Of a stretch of 28,102 bases of DNA, positions 1 to 8,082 are shown piece by piece. Below the pieces are notes generated by a model, which was not told the DNA's origin, made no database searches, and saw only the letters and a program-made list of their open reading frames with translations. Every line of letters starts with the position of its first letter. The stretch's first letter is position 1. The position numbers were made by a program, and so were the translations under genes. Source of the stretch: Candidatus Altarchaeum sp. (GTDB lineage Archaea > Altiarchaeota > Altiarchaeia > Altiarchaeales > Altiarchaeaceae); contig JAGWDQ010000113.1 of NCBI GenBank assembly GCA_018260615.1, forward strand, positions 1 through 28,102. Reading direction: 5' to 3'.

Positions 1-240
1 TGCTTCACCCTGCTTATATCCGATTTCCCTGTCAATTTTTAAAGCATCCTGATGATATTTAAGTGCATTATCCAAATCCCCTTTATCCGAATAGATGAGC
101 CCGATATTTCCCAAGTCAGATGCTTCACCCTGCTTATATCCGATTTCCCCGTGAATTTTTAAAGCATCCTGATGATATTTAAGTGCATTATCCAAATCCC
201 CTTTATTTTTTAAGATGAGCCCGATATTTCCCAAAGCCGA
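1..240 (-). repeat. 120-bp tandem repeat encoding 40-aa TPR units (at least 2 copies, continues off-window)
   Basis: Bases 1-120 and 121-240 are near-identical. Differences fall in three short patches (codons SD/SA, YSD/LKN, DR/HG). Confidence 0.95.
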
Positions 241-1020
241 TGCTTTTCCTTCTAATGCGTCTTTTTTGCCGACTTTTTCAGTTATTTCAAGCAATGCATT
301 GTAATTTTCAAGTGCTTTATCGTTTTGGCTTAATGAATAGTATGCATTACCCAAACTCAAAAGAATTGACATTTTTTCAGTTGGAGAAATCATGCATATC
401 CGCAAAATATTTTCAAATTCTTTTATTGCATCTTCATATTTATCATTCTTACATAACAAAAGTGCTTTGAGATAATGTTCTTTTAATTCCTTATCATCTG
501 ATTTTGGAATGCCATCAACCCAATATGTTGCTCCTTTACTGCTTAACTCTTCTTTAGAAAGATAAATAAGAGGGGAGGGATTTTTGCTGAAATACTCTCT
601 GTTTAGAATTCTGTTTATTACATCTCCAGCAAGTTCTTCTTTGGTTTCAGATTTAAAATATTGTCTTCCTTCTAATCCTACATCTATAAAAAACTTTTTT
701 GCCTCATCAGTGTCAAGATTAGTATCACTTTTTATATATACTCTAATATTTTTTCCTTCCTCTTTAGCCCATCCCACCTCTTCTTTAGCCGCATCAGAAA
801 GGAATATTCCTGAGGTGATGATGAGAAATATTTCTTCAGCATTTTTGAGTACTTCATGTCTCATTTCTTTTTCCTTTTCCCCTATGGGAATGTCCCTTTT
901 GGATGCTGCCACAAAACAATTTATCTTACATCTTTTCCAAAGAGCATCTTTGAGATGCAAAGCAAGATAAGCCCCGGTAAATGTCTCATAAATGATAAAT
1001 GCATCAAATTTCTCATCCAC
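1..1020 (-). CDS. TIR-domain + TPR-repeat protein (3'-truncated by window edge; absent from the ORF track)
   Basis: Manual translation from GTG at 1020 gives 340 codons with no stop to base 1. N-terminus MDEKFDAFIIYETFTGAYLALHLKDALWKRCKINCFVAASKRDIPIGEKEKEMRHEVLKNAEEIFLIITSGIFLSDAAKEEVGWAKEEGKNIRVYIK has a TIR-like layout with a Glu in the aC helix (KEEVGWA). The C-terminus has 40-aa TPRs (ASALGNIGLILKNKGDLDNALKYHQDALKIHGEIGYKQGE). Confidence 0.85.
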   Translation of the reverse strand, partial: MDEKFDAFIIYETFTGAYLALHLKDALWKRCKINCFVAASKRDIPIGEKEKEMRHEVLKNAEEIFLIITSGIFLSDAAKEEVGWAKEEGKNIRVYIKSDTNLDTDEAKKFFIDVGLEGRQYFKSETKEELAGDVINRILNREYFSKNPSPLIYLSKEELSSKGATYWVDGIPKSDDKELKEHYLKALLLCKNDKYEDAIKEFENILRICMISPTEKMSILLSLGNAYYSLSQNDKALENYNALLEITEKVGKKDALEGKASALGNIGLILKNKGDLDNALKYHQDALKIHGEIGYKQGEASDLGNIGLIYSDKGDLDNALKYHQDALKIDREIGYKQGEA

Positions 1021-1072
1021 TTTTAAAATTTTAAACTAAATTTTTATCTTAACAATTTTTATCAAACATTAT

Positions 1073-1510
1073 TTAAAAATTTTGTTTTTCTATTAAAATT
1101 TCATCATCTTTTTTAATAATTCCTCCCTTTAAAACCTTTGTAAATATCCCTTCTGTCGGCATTATACATTTTCCGACCTTTTTGAAAATTTCGCATTTGT
1201 CATGACAGGTCTTTCCTATTTGTGTAACTTCAAGGACAACATCACTGATTTTTATCTTTGTTCCTATGGGCAATGCGAGTAAATTTATTCCCTCCGTTGT
1301 TATATTCTCGGCAAAATCCCCTGAACTTACATCTAATCCCCACCCACGCGCTTTTTCAATGCTTTCAACAGCAAGCAAACTTACCTGTCTGTGCCAGTTT
1401 CCGGCATGAGAGTCACCTTTGATTCCGAAATTTTCAATAACTTCTGCAAATTCAACGGGTTCTTTTTTTGTTCCTTTTGCTTTGCTTATATTTACCGATA
1501 TGACTTTCAT
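1073..1510 (-). CDS. MOSC-domain protein (molybdenum cofactor sulfurase C-terminal family)
   Basis: VISVNISKAKG, GIKGDSHAG..RQVSLL, GDFAENIT, LEVTQIGKTCH..C and GIFTKVLKGGII motifs are typical of stand-alone MOSC proteins. Confidence 0.85.
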   Translation of the reverse strand: MKVISVNISKAKGTKKEPVEFAEVIENFGIKGDSHAGNWHRQVSLLAVESIEKARGWGLDVSSGDFAENITTEGINLLALPIGTKIKISDVVLEVTQIGKTCHDKCEIFKKVGKCIMPTEGIFTKVLKGGIIKKDDEILIEKQNF

Positions 1511-1527
1511 TTAGTAATAATTAAATT

Positions 1528-2592
1528 TTATCCTTCTTTAAATTTAAATTTTTCCTTAAATTTTAATGCAACATGGACAAGCAAAATCAGGACCGGAACT
1601 TCAAGCAAAGGTCCTATAACAGTTGCAAATGCCACATTTGACGAAATTCCGAAAATCGCTATCGCAACTGCAATTGCCAGTTCAAAATTATTGCCTGCCG
1701 ATGTAAATGCAAGAGTTGTTGTTTGTTCGTAATTTCCAAATTTTTTTGCAATGAAAAATGTTACAAACCACATAATAAAAAAGTATAATGTAAGTGGAAT
1801 TGCTATTATTATAACATCATAAGGGCTTTTTATTATATACTCTCCTTTAAGAGAAAACATAACTATAATAGTAAATAACAGAGCAATTAAGGTTACGGGA
1901 CTTATTTTCGGAATAAATTTTTGTTCATACCATTCCATACCTTTCCTTTTTATCAGCATGAACCGTGTTGTTATTCCCGCAATGAAAGGAATTCCCAGAT
2001 ATATAAAGACAGTTATTGCCGTCTCAATAATTGAAATTTCTATGTTTAAATTTTTAACGAGCCCGAGATAGTTTAATCCGATTGTTATAAATATAAAGAT
2101 GTAAGCAGCATAAAACAAAACCTGAAAAACAGCATTAACTCCGACTAAACCCGCAGCAAGTTCTCTGTCTCCTTTTGCCAGATCATTCCAGACAATAACC
2201 ATCGCTATGCACCTTGCTAATCCGATTAAAATAACTCCGACCATATATTCGGGATAATCGTGCAGAAATATTATTGCCAGAATAAACATAACGATAGGCC
2301 CTACGAGCCAGTTCTGGATTAGCGAAAATGTTAAAATTTTTTTATTGTGAAGTACTTTTCCGATTTCTTCATATTTTACTTTGGCGAGAGGCGGATACAT
2401 CATCAGTATTAAGCCGATGGCAATGGGAATTGAGGTTGTTCCTGTTTGAAAGCCAGAAATTACCTTTGTGAAATCCGGAATAAAATATCCGATTGCTATT
2501 CCGACTGCAATTGCGATAAATATCCACAAAGTTAAAAATTTGTCCGGACTTGAGAGTTTCTTTACACTTTCTGTATTAACTCTATTAACCAC
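1528..2592 (-). CDS. acr3: Acr3-family arsenite efflux transporter
   Basis: Highly hydrophobic. Carries [40 protein letters not shown] (conserved Cys) and [22 protein letters not shown]. Confidence 0.95.
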   Translation of the reverse strand: MVNRVNTESVKKLSSPDKFLTLWIFIAIAVGIAIGYFIPDFTKVISGFQTGTTSIPIAIGLILMMYPPLAKVKYEEIGKVLHNKKILTFSLIQNWLVGPIVMFILAIIFLHDYPEYMVGVILIGLARCIAMVIVWNDLAKGDRELAAGLVGVNAVFQVLFYAAYIFIFITIGLNYLGLVKNLNIEISIIETAITVFIYLGIPFIAGITTRFMLIKRKGMEWYEQKFIPKISPVTLIALLFTIIVMFSLKGEYIIKSPYDVIIIAIPLTLYFFIMWFVTFFIAKKFGNYEQTTTLAFTSAGNNFELAIAVAIAIFGISSNVAFATVIGPLLEVPVLILLVHVALKFKEKFKFKEG

Positions 2593-2601
2593 CTTTAAAA
2601 A

Positions 2602-3519
2602 TTAAATTACTGCAATCATTCTTTCAATGCTCTTCCTCGCCTTGTCCATAATATCTTTGTCTAAATTTATTTCATATCTTTCAAATTTTAACGCATTATA
2701 AACGCTTTCCAATGTTGTCATCTTCATATTCGGACATATAGCGGTCTTTGAGGCGGGCTCAAATTTCTTGTTGGGATTTTCCTTTCGCAAACGATAAATT
2801 ATTCCGATTTCGGTTCCGACTATAAATTCGCTGTTGTCTGAACTTTTCACAAATTTTACCATCTGTTCTGTTGAGCCGACAAAATCAGCAATTTCCAGAA
2901 CTTCTCTTGTGCATTCCGGGTGTGCGATAAATTTTGCGTGCGGATGCTGGGTTTTTGCCTCTTTTATATCATTAACTGATATTTGATGATGCGTCGGGCA
3001 ATTTCCAAATTCAAGGAGTGCAATTATGTTTTTATTTGTATGCTTTCTCGCATAGTCGGCTAAATTTGCATCGGGTCCGAAAATTATACTATCGTTTGTT
3101 ATGGAATTTAAAATTTTTACGGCATTTGCCGATGTGCAGGCATAGTCAGATAACGCCTTACAGGATGCGTGAGTGTTCACATAAAGCACAACCGCCGGAT
3201 TTTGGGACTTAAATTTTTCCTTTGCGGTTAAAATTTCTTCCGGGGAAAGCATCATCGCCATCGGGCACATTGCTTTTTCAGGAATCAGAACTTTCTTATC
3301 CGGATTTAAAATTTTTGCTTTTTCCGCCATAAAATCAACACCGCAGAAGACAATAACATCTGCCTTTGTTTTACCTGCCTCTATTGAAAGTCCGAGAGAG
3401 TCCCCTACAAAGTCGGCAATATCCTGAATTTCCGAACGCTGATAATTATGTGCAAGTATTACTGCGTTCTTTTCCTTTTTTAACTTTAAAATTTCTTTGA
3501 TGTACTCGCTGTTTTCCAT
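2602..3519 (-). CDS. nadA: Quinolinate synthase (4Fe-4S)
   Basis: ILAHNYQRSEIQDIADFVGDS, VFCGVDFMAE, HPEC and GSTEQM. Three cluster Cys in AMCPMA, GNCPTH and AICPNMK. Start moved to the ATG at 3519 (MENSEYIK); the upstream extension is AT-rich promoter sequence. Confidence 0.95.
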   Translation of the reverse strand: MENSEYIKEILKLKKEKNAVILAHNYQRSEIQDIADFVGDSLGLSIEAGKTKADVIVFCGVDFMAEKAKILNPDKKVLIPEKAMCPMAMMLSPEEILTAKEKFKSQNPAVVLYVNTHASCKALSDYACTSANAVKILNSITNDSIIFGPDANLADYARKHTNKNIIALLEFGNCPTHHQISVNDIKEAKTQHPHAKFIAHPECTREVLEIADFVGSTEQMVKFVKSSDNSEFIVGTEIGIIYRLRKENPNKKFEPASKTAICPNMKMTTLESVYNALKFERYEINLDKDIMDKARKSIERMIAVI

Positions 3520-3738
3520 CTTGTAATAATAAAAAGTTGATAGAATATAATTACATTTGAATAAATTTATTTTTTCAATAAAATTTATTTTGTTTAATAT
3601 TACCAAAACGAAATTAATATTAATAATAATATTACCAAAATCAAATTAATAATAAAGATAAATAATAAAACAAAATTTTTAATAATTTTTAATAAATTTA
3701 AAAAACTAAATTTAATAAACCAAACTTAATAAACCAAA

Positions 3739-4392
3739 ATGCACATACCTGACGGATTTTTAAGCCCGCCCATATTTGCCGGAATGTGGGTAATAGCAAT
3801 ATTGATTATTGGCTATGCAGTAAAAAAGACAAACAAAAAATTAGGCGATAAACATGTTCCGTTAATGGGTGTTCTCGCTGCATTTATCTTTGCTGCACAG
3901 ATGCTTAATACTCCGGTTGCAGGTGGAACAAGCGGACACATGCTTGGCGGAGTACTTGCGGCAATATTTCTGGGACCTTTTGCGGCATCAATAGTTATGG
4001 CAAGTGTTTTTACAGTTCAGGCATTATTTTTTGCAGACGGAGGAATTACATCATTAGGAGCAAATATATTTAACATGGGATTGCTGGGAACAATATTCGG
4101 ATATTTCATTTATGTAGGAATAAGAAAAGCGATTGAAAAGGTAACCGGAAAGGAAAGCAAAAAAGGAATAATAATTGCCGCCGGAATTGCATCATGGTGT
4201 GCTGTTGTCCTGGCAAGTGCGGCATGCAGTATTGAAATATCTGCATCCGGAATGTTTCCGCTAACGGAATCCTTAATTGCGATGGTTAGCATACATGCAG
4301 TTATCGGATTAATTGAAGGTCTGATAACGATGGCAGTTGTATCTTTTGTGCTGAAAGTAAGACCTGATTTGTTAAATCTGGAAAAAATTTAA
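3739..4392 (+). CDS. cbiM: ECF Ni/Co transporter substrate-binding component CbiM/NikM
   Basis: Signature N-terminus MHIPDGFL, plus FAAQMLN.PVAGGTSGHMLGG, QALFFADGGITSLGAN and HAVIGLIEGLIT. Confidence 0.92.
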   Translation: MHIPDGFLSPPIFAGMWVIAILIIGYAVKKTNKKLGDKHVPLMGVLAAFIFAAQMLNTPVAGGTSGHMLGGVLAAIFLGPFAASIVMASVFTVQALFFADGGITSLGANIFNMGLLGTIFGYFIYVGIRKAIEKVTGKESKKGIIIAAGIASWCAVVLASAACSIEISASGMFPLTESLIAMVSIHAVIGLIEGLITMAVVSFVLKVRPDLLNLEKI

Positions 4393-4433
4393 AAATTTAA
4401 AAATAATCAAAAACCAAAATTTAAAAATTTAAG

Positions 4434-4742
4434 GTGGAAAAGTTATGGATATTCGGACTGGCGGCTGCGTTGATAATGGGCGGAATAATTTCGCTGTTTG
4501 CATCTCCTGAACCCGACGGGCTTGAAAGAGTGGCAATAAATTTATTCGGCGGTGAAGATGAGTTAGAGGAACATACTGCACAAATATTTAATTCCCCGAT
4601 GCCTGACTATATAATTCCGGGAATTGAGAACGAAACACTTGCGGCATCTCTCGCCGGAGTAATTGGTGTTTTGATAATATTTGCAATTGTAATCGTAACC
4701 GGAAAATTTTTGAAAGGAAAACAAATTCAGTGTGCAAAATAA
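4434..4742 (+). CDS. PDGLE-domain small membrane subunit of Ni/Co ECF transporter (CbiN/NikN-like)
   Basis: Two TM helices flanking SPEPDGLERVA and SPMPDY..PG; lies directly after cbiM; GTG start. Confidence 0.8.
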   Translation: MEKLWIFGLAAALIMGGIISLFASPEPDGLERVAINLFGGEDELEEHTAQIFNSPMPDYIIPGIENETLAASLAGVIGVLIIFAIVIVTGKFLKGKQIQCAK

Positions 4743-4751
4743 TATTAAGAG

Positions 4752-5525
4752 ATGAAAATTTCAGTCAGCGGAAAAGGCGGAAGCGGAAAAAGCACAATAA
4801 CTGCATTATTAGCAAGAGAATTCGCAAGAAAAAATTTTAGTGTTTTGGTTATTGACAGCGATGAATCAAACACAAATCTTTACCTGCTGTTAAATTTAGA
4901 TTCAATGCCAACTCCGCTGATGAAAATGGTCGGCGGAAAACAAAGCATCCAGAGAAAATTAAGGCAGGCAGTAGGGTTTCAGTTTTTATCAAAAGGTCTG
5001 ACAATGGATGAAATTCCCGATGAATTTATAGCAAAGAAGGACAAAATAAATTTAGTCGTTGTCGGAAAAATTTTACAGTCAAATGAAGGGTGTGCCTGTC
5101 CGATGGGTTCATTAACAAAGGAATTTCTGAAAAAGCTCAATTTAAGGAATAACGAAATTGTTGTTGCAGACATGGAAGCTGGAATTGAACATTTCGGAAG
5201 GGGAATTGAGAAATATGTTGATGTCCTTATTGTTGCCATTGAGCCGTCTTATGAATCAATAGGTCTTGCTTTGCGAATAAAGGAACTTGCAGAGCAGTCA
5301 AACATAAAGAAAATTTTTGCGGTTATTAATTACAACAAGCAGGTCAGTCAAAATATTAAAGAAAAGATAGAGGACATTGTCAGAGAAAAGTTTGAGTCCG
5401 TCTTTTCAATTCCTTACAGTGAGGAAATTTTAAATTTCGGAATTATTAGCGAGAAATTTTCAGAGGGCGAGGATGTCCGGGAAAGTGTTAAGTGCCTTGC
5501 GGCTCAAATTTTACGGGAAATTTAA
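4752..5525 (+). CDS. cooC: CooC/AcsF-family nickel-insertion ATPase (CODH/ACS maturation)
   Basis: MKISVSGKGGSGKST Walker A, IDSDES, GCACP metal motif and DMEAGIEHFGRG. Confidence 0.88.
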   Translation: MKISVSGKGGSGKSTITALLAREFARKNFSVLVIDSDESNTNLYLLLNLDSMPTPLMKMVGGKQSIQRKLRQAVGFQFLSKGLTMDEIPDEFIAKKDKINLVVVGKILQSNEGCACPMGSLTKEFLKKLNLRNNEIVVADMEAGIEHFGRGIEKYVDVLIVAIEPSYESIGLALRIKELAEQSNIKKIFAVINYNKQVSQNIKEKIEDIVREKFESVFSIPYSEEILNFGIISEKFSEGEDVRESVKCLAAQILREI

Positions 5526-5655
5526 CACGAGAATGCCAATTAAAGATGTTATTAAAGTATTAATTCTAATATTATTATAGTTATATGATATTATATATTG
5601 CTCTATAAAACTTCAGATATATCAATTCCGTTACCTGCAAGACCAAAAAAATACT

Positions 5656-5719
5656 CTGCGGAGAATAATATTGTTTTTTACCGCAAAAAATACGGAGAAT
5701 GTTTTTGCCTGCGGAGAAT
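5656..5719 (+). promoter_or_regulatory. Clustered ~11-bp repeats (CTGCGGAGAAT) upstream of fic; putative operator
   Basis: ctgcggagaat at 5656-5666 and 5709-5719, tacggagaat at 5691-5700, and a degenerate inverted copy tttttaccgca at about 5676-5685. The regulatory role is inferred. Confidence 0.4.
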
Positions 5720-5785
5720 TATATCTGTGTTTATATTTATATTTGTATTTGTATTTATCCCAAATATTGCAGAAAATAACACAAA

Positions 5786-6907
5786 ATGAAAGTATATTTA
5801 TATCAACAGGACGACTGGCCTAATTTTACCTGGAACAATGAGCGTCTGATATCACTTCTCGGGCAGGTCAGAAATTTGCAGGGAAAAATGACCGGAAAAA
5901 TGGAGGCGCTCGGATTTAAGTTAAGAAGCGAAGCCGTTTTGGAGACATTAACCCAGGATGTAATTAAATCAACCGAAATTGAAGGTCAGATATTAAATCC
6001 GGAGCAAGTCCGTTCATCAATAGCAAGACGTTTGGGGCTGGATATTTCCGGTCTGGTTTCTTCAGACAGAAATGTTGACGGCGTGGTTGACATGATGTTG
6101 GATGCAACTCAGCATTTTGAGATGCCATTAACAGTAGAGAGGTTGTTTGGCTGGCATTCGGCATTATTCCCGACAGGGAGAAGCGGAATGTATAAAATTG
6201 TTGTTGGTGACTGGAGAAATGATTCTGCCGGTCCAATGCAGGTTGTTTCCGGGGCAATAGGAAAGGAAAAAGTTCATTACCAGGCTCCTGATGCCGCAGA
6301 TATAAAAAAAGAAATGGAGTCATTTATTAAGTGGTTTAACAGTGAAGAAAAACCTGACCCGGTAATAAAAGCCGGACTGGCTCATTTATGGTTTATAACA
6401 ATACACCCGTTTGAAGATGGTAACGGAAGAATTGCCAGAGCAATTACAGATATGTTACTGGCAAGGTCAGACGGAATTTCCCAGCGATTCTATAGTATGT
6501 CCACTCAAATAGGAATAGAACGAAAGAAATATTATGATGTGCTGGAAAAATCACAAAAAGGGACACTTGATGTAACCGAATGGCTGGAATGGTTCCTGAA
6601 TTGTTTAAAGAATGCACTAAATGCATCAGAGCAGGTGCTTGCAAGAGTAATTTATAAGCACCGGTTTTGGAATAAATACGCAACAGAAATTTTAAACGAC
6701 AGACAGGTACTGCTGCTCAATAAATTATTGGATGGATTTAACGGAAAACTGACTTCATCAAAATGGGCAAAAATCGCAAAGTGTTCGGCAGATACGGCAC
6801 TTCGGGACATTCAGGACTTAATGAATAAAGGTATGCTTCAAAAAGATGTAGCAGGCGGAAGAAGTACAAATTATGAATTAACTGCTCAATATGGGAAAAA
6901 TGACTAA
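5786..6907 (+). CDS. Fic-family protein (N-terminal DUF4172-type region, Fic core, C-terminal wHTH)
   Basis: Canonical HPFEDGNGRIAR catalytic motif. STEIEG matches the class II autoinhibitory (S/T)xxxE(G/N) helix. C-terminal LTSSKWAKIAKCSADTALRDIQDL is wHTH-like. Confidence 0.92.
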   Translation: MKVYLYQQDDWPNFTWNNERLISLLGQVRNLQGKMTGKMEALGFKLRSEAVLETLTQDVIKSTEIEGQILNPEQVRSSIARRLGLDISGLVSSDRNVDGVVDMMLDATQHFEMPLTVERLFGWHSALFPTGRSGMYKIVVGDWRNDSAGPMQVVSGAIGKEKVHYQAPDAADIKKEMESFIKWFNSEEKPDPVIKAGLAHLWFITIHPFEDGNGRIARAITDMLLARSDGISQRFYSMSTQIGIERKKYYDVLEKSQKGTLDVTEWLEWFLNCLKNALNASEQVLARVIYKHRFWNKYATEILNDRQVLLLNKLLDGFNGKLTSSKWAKIAKCSADTALRDIQDLMNKGMLQKDVAGGRSTNYELTAQYGKND

Positions 6908-6960
6908 AAACAACCACCTGGCACACACTTTAATGTCAGGCAAAATTTCAAACCCGACAT

Positions 6961-7263
6961 TTAAAAAATTTCAAAGAATTTTTAAAGATTGAAAATTTTA
7001 TAAATTTTCAGTATTTTAAAAACGAAGTTTTTAAAATCTCCGAGCACAAGCGAGGTGATTTAAAAATGCTTCAGGCATTTTAAATACGAAGTATTTAAAA
7101 TCTCCGAGCAAGAGCGAGGTGATTTTTAAAGATTGAAACCGAAGGTTTCAGTATTTTAAAATCAAGAGATTTTAAAAGATTGAAAATCTCACAGATTTTC
7201 AGTATTTAAAAACCTCGCAGGTTTTTAAAGATTGAAAACTTGTATTTTTCAGTATTTTAAAAA
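6961..7263. repeat. Mosaic array of palindromic modules (4x module A, 2x module B, 5 short linker hairpins)
   Basis: Module A (TTTTTAAAGATTGAAAA-loop-TTTTCAGTATTT(T)AAAA) at 6979-7022, 7123-7161, 7170-7212 and 7222-7263. Module B (AAAATCTCCGAGCA.AAGCGAGGTGATTT) at 7033-7061 and 7097-7125. Confidence 0.92.
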
Positions 7264-7290
7264 TCAAAAAATTTAAATTTAAATATTAAT

Positions 7291-8058
7291 ATGCATCACT
7301 ATTTTTTAGATAAATATGCCAATGTCAATAGCATAATTCATCATTTAGACCCGCGGCTGAAAATAATCGCCTTTATTTCTTATGTTTTATTTGTTATCCT
7401 CACTCCTCCGACCGAATTTATAAAATTTTTCCTTTACTTTTCCCTTATCTTTTCAGTTATTTTGCTTTCAAAGTTGCCTTTAAAATTTATCTTTAAGAAA
7501 TCATTGGTTATTGTTCCCTTTGTTCTGGCAGTTGCGCTCTTTATTCCGTTTTTAAATGAAGGAGAAATTGCCGGCTCATATTCTTACGGAAATTTAAATT
7601 TTGCAGTAACTTATTCGGGCTTACTGATTTTATTTAATGTTCTGGTTAAGTCATGGCTTTCTGTTATTTCAATGCTTACACTGACATCAACAACAAAATT
7701 TTCCGATTTGCTTAAGGGCTTTGAATATCTGAAATTTCCAAAGGTAATGCTGCTCGTGATTTCATTTATGTACAGATATATTTTTGTAATTGCCGATGAA
7801 GCGATGCGGCTTAAGACGGCAGGCGATGCGAGAAATTTTGGAAATTTAAAGTTGAAGCAGCGGATTGAAATTTTCGGAAACATTATTGCGGTGCTTTTTA
7901 TAAGGTCTTACGAAAGAGCGGAAAGGGTTTATGCGGCGATGCTTTCACGGGGATTTGACGGAAATTTTAAAACAATAAAAGAATTTAAATTTTGCAGTAG
8001 GGATTTCGGGTTTGGTGTAATTATGGGGTTAATTCTGATAATTACATTTGTGATTTAA
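7291..8058 (+). CDS. cbiQ: ECF Ni/Co transporter T component CbiQ/NikQ
   Basis: IHHLDPRLKII, SFMYRYIFVIADEAMRL..A..AR and LFIRSYERAERVYAAMLSRGF motifs. Confidence 0.92.
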   Translation: MHHYFLDKYANVNSIIHHLDPRLKIIAFISYVLFVILTPPTEFIKFFLYFSLIFSVILLSKLPLKFIFKKSLVIVPFVLAVALFIPFLNEGEIAGSYSYGNLNFAVTYSGLLILFNVLVKSWLSVISMLTLTSTTKFSDLLKGFEYLKFPKVMLLVISFMYRYIFVIADEAMRLKTAGDARNFGNLKLKQRIEIFGNIIAVLFIRSYERAERVYAAMLSRGFDGNFKTIKEFKFCSRDFGFGVIMGLILIITFVI

Positions 8059-8082
8059 ACCCGGGTAAAAATATGTTAATAT

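Noticed and set aside
1-240. TPR repeat variation as a diversity-generating retroelement TR/VR pair
   Set aside because: Differences are not adenine-specific, both copies are in-frame tandem coding units, and no reverse transcriptase is in the window.
240-970. Plus-strand ORFs 240..470 and 584..970
   Set aside because: Antisense shadows of the TIR-TPR gene; no motifs.
1-3519. Functional link between nadA (NAD synthesis) and the TIR gene (putative NADase)
   Set aside because: They are co-directional but separated by acr3 and MOSC; nothing beyond proximity supports coupling.
3520-3606. ORF-track N-terminal extensions of nadA (3606), REase (24024) and thiC (21454)
   Set aside because: They run into AT-rich promoter DNA or the upstream gene. 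Internal ATGs at 3519, 24003 (ATGA overlap) and 21466 are more plausible.
5598-5789. 63-aa ORF upstream of fic
   Set aside because: TTG start, overlaps the operator-like repeats and a low-complexity TTTGTA/TTTATA tract; no recognisable protein features.
6961-7263. Repeat array as a CRISPR locus
   Set aside because: Variable parts are only 5-11 nt loops, the units are heterogeneous and irregularly spaced, and there are no cas genes.
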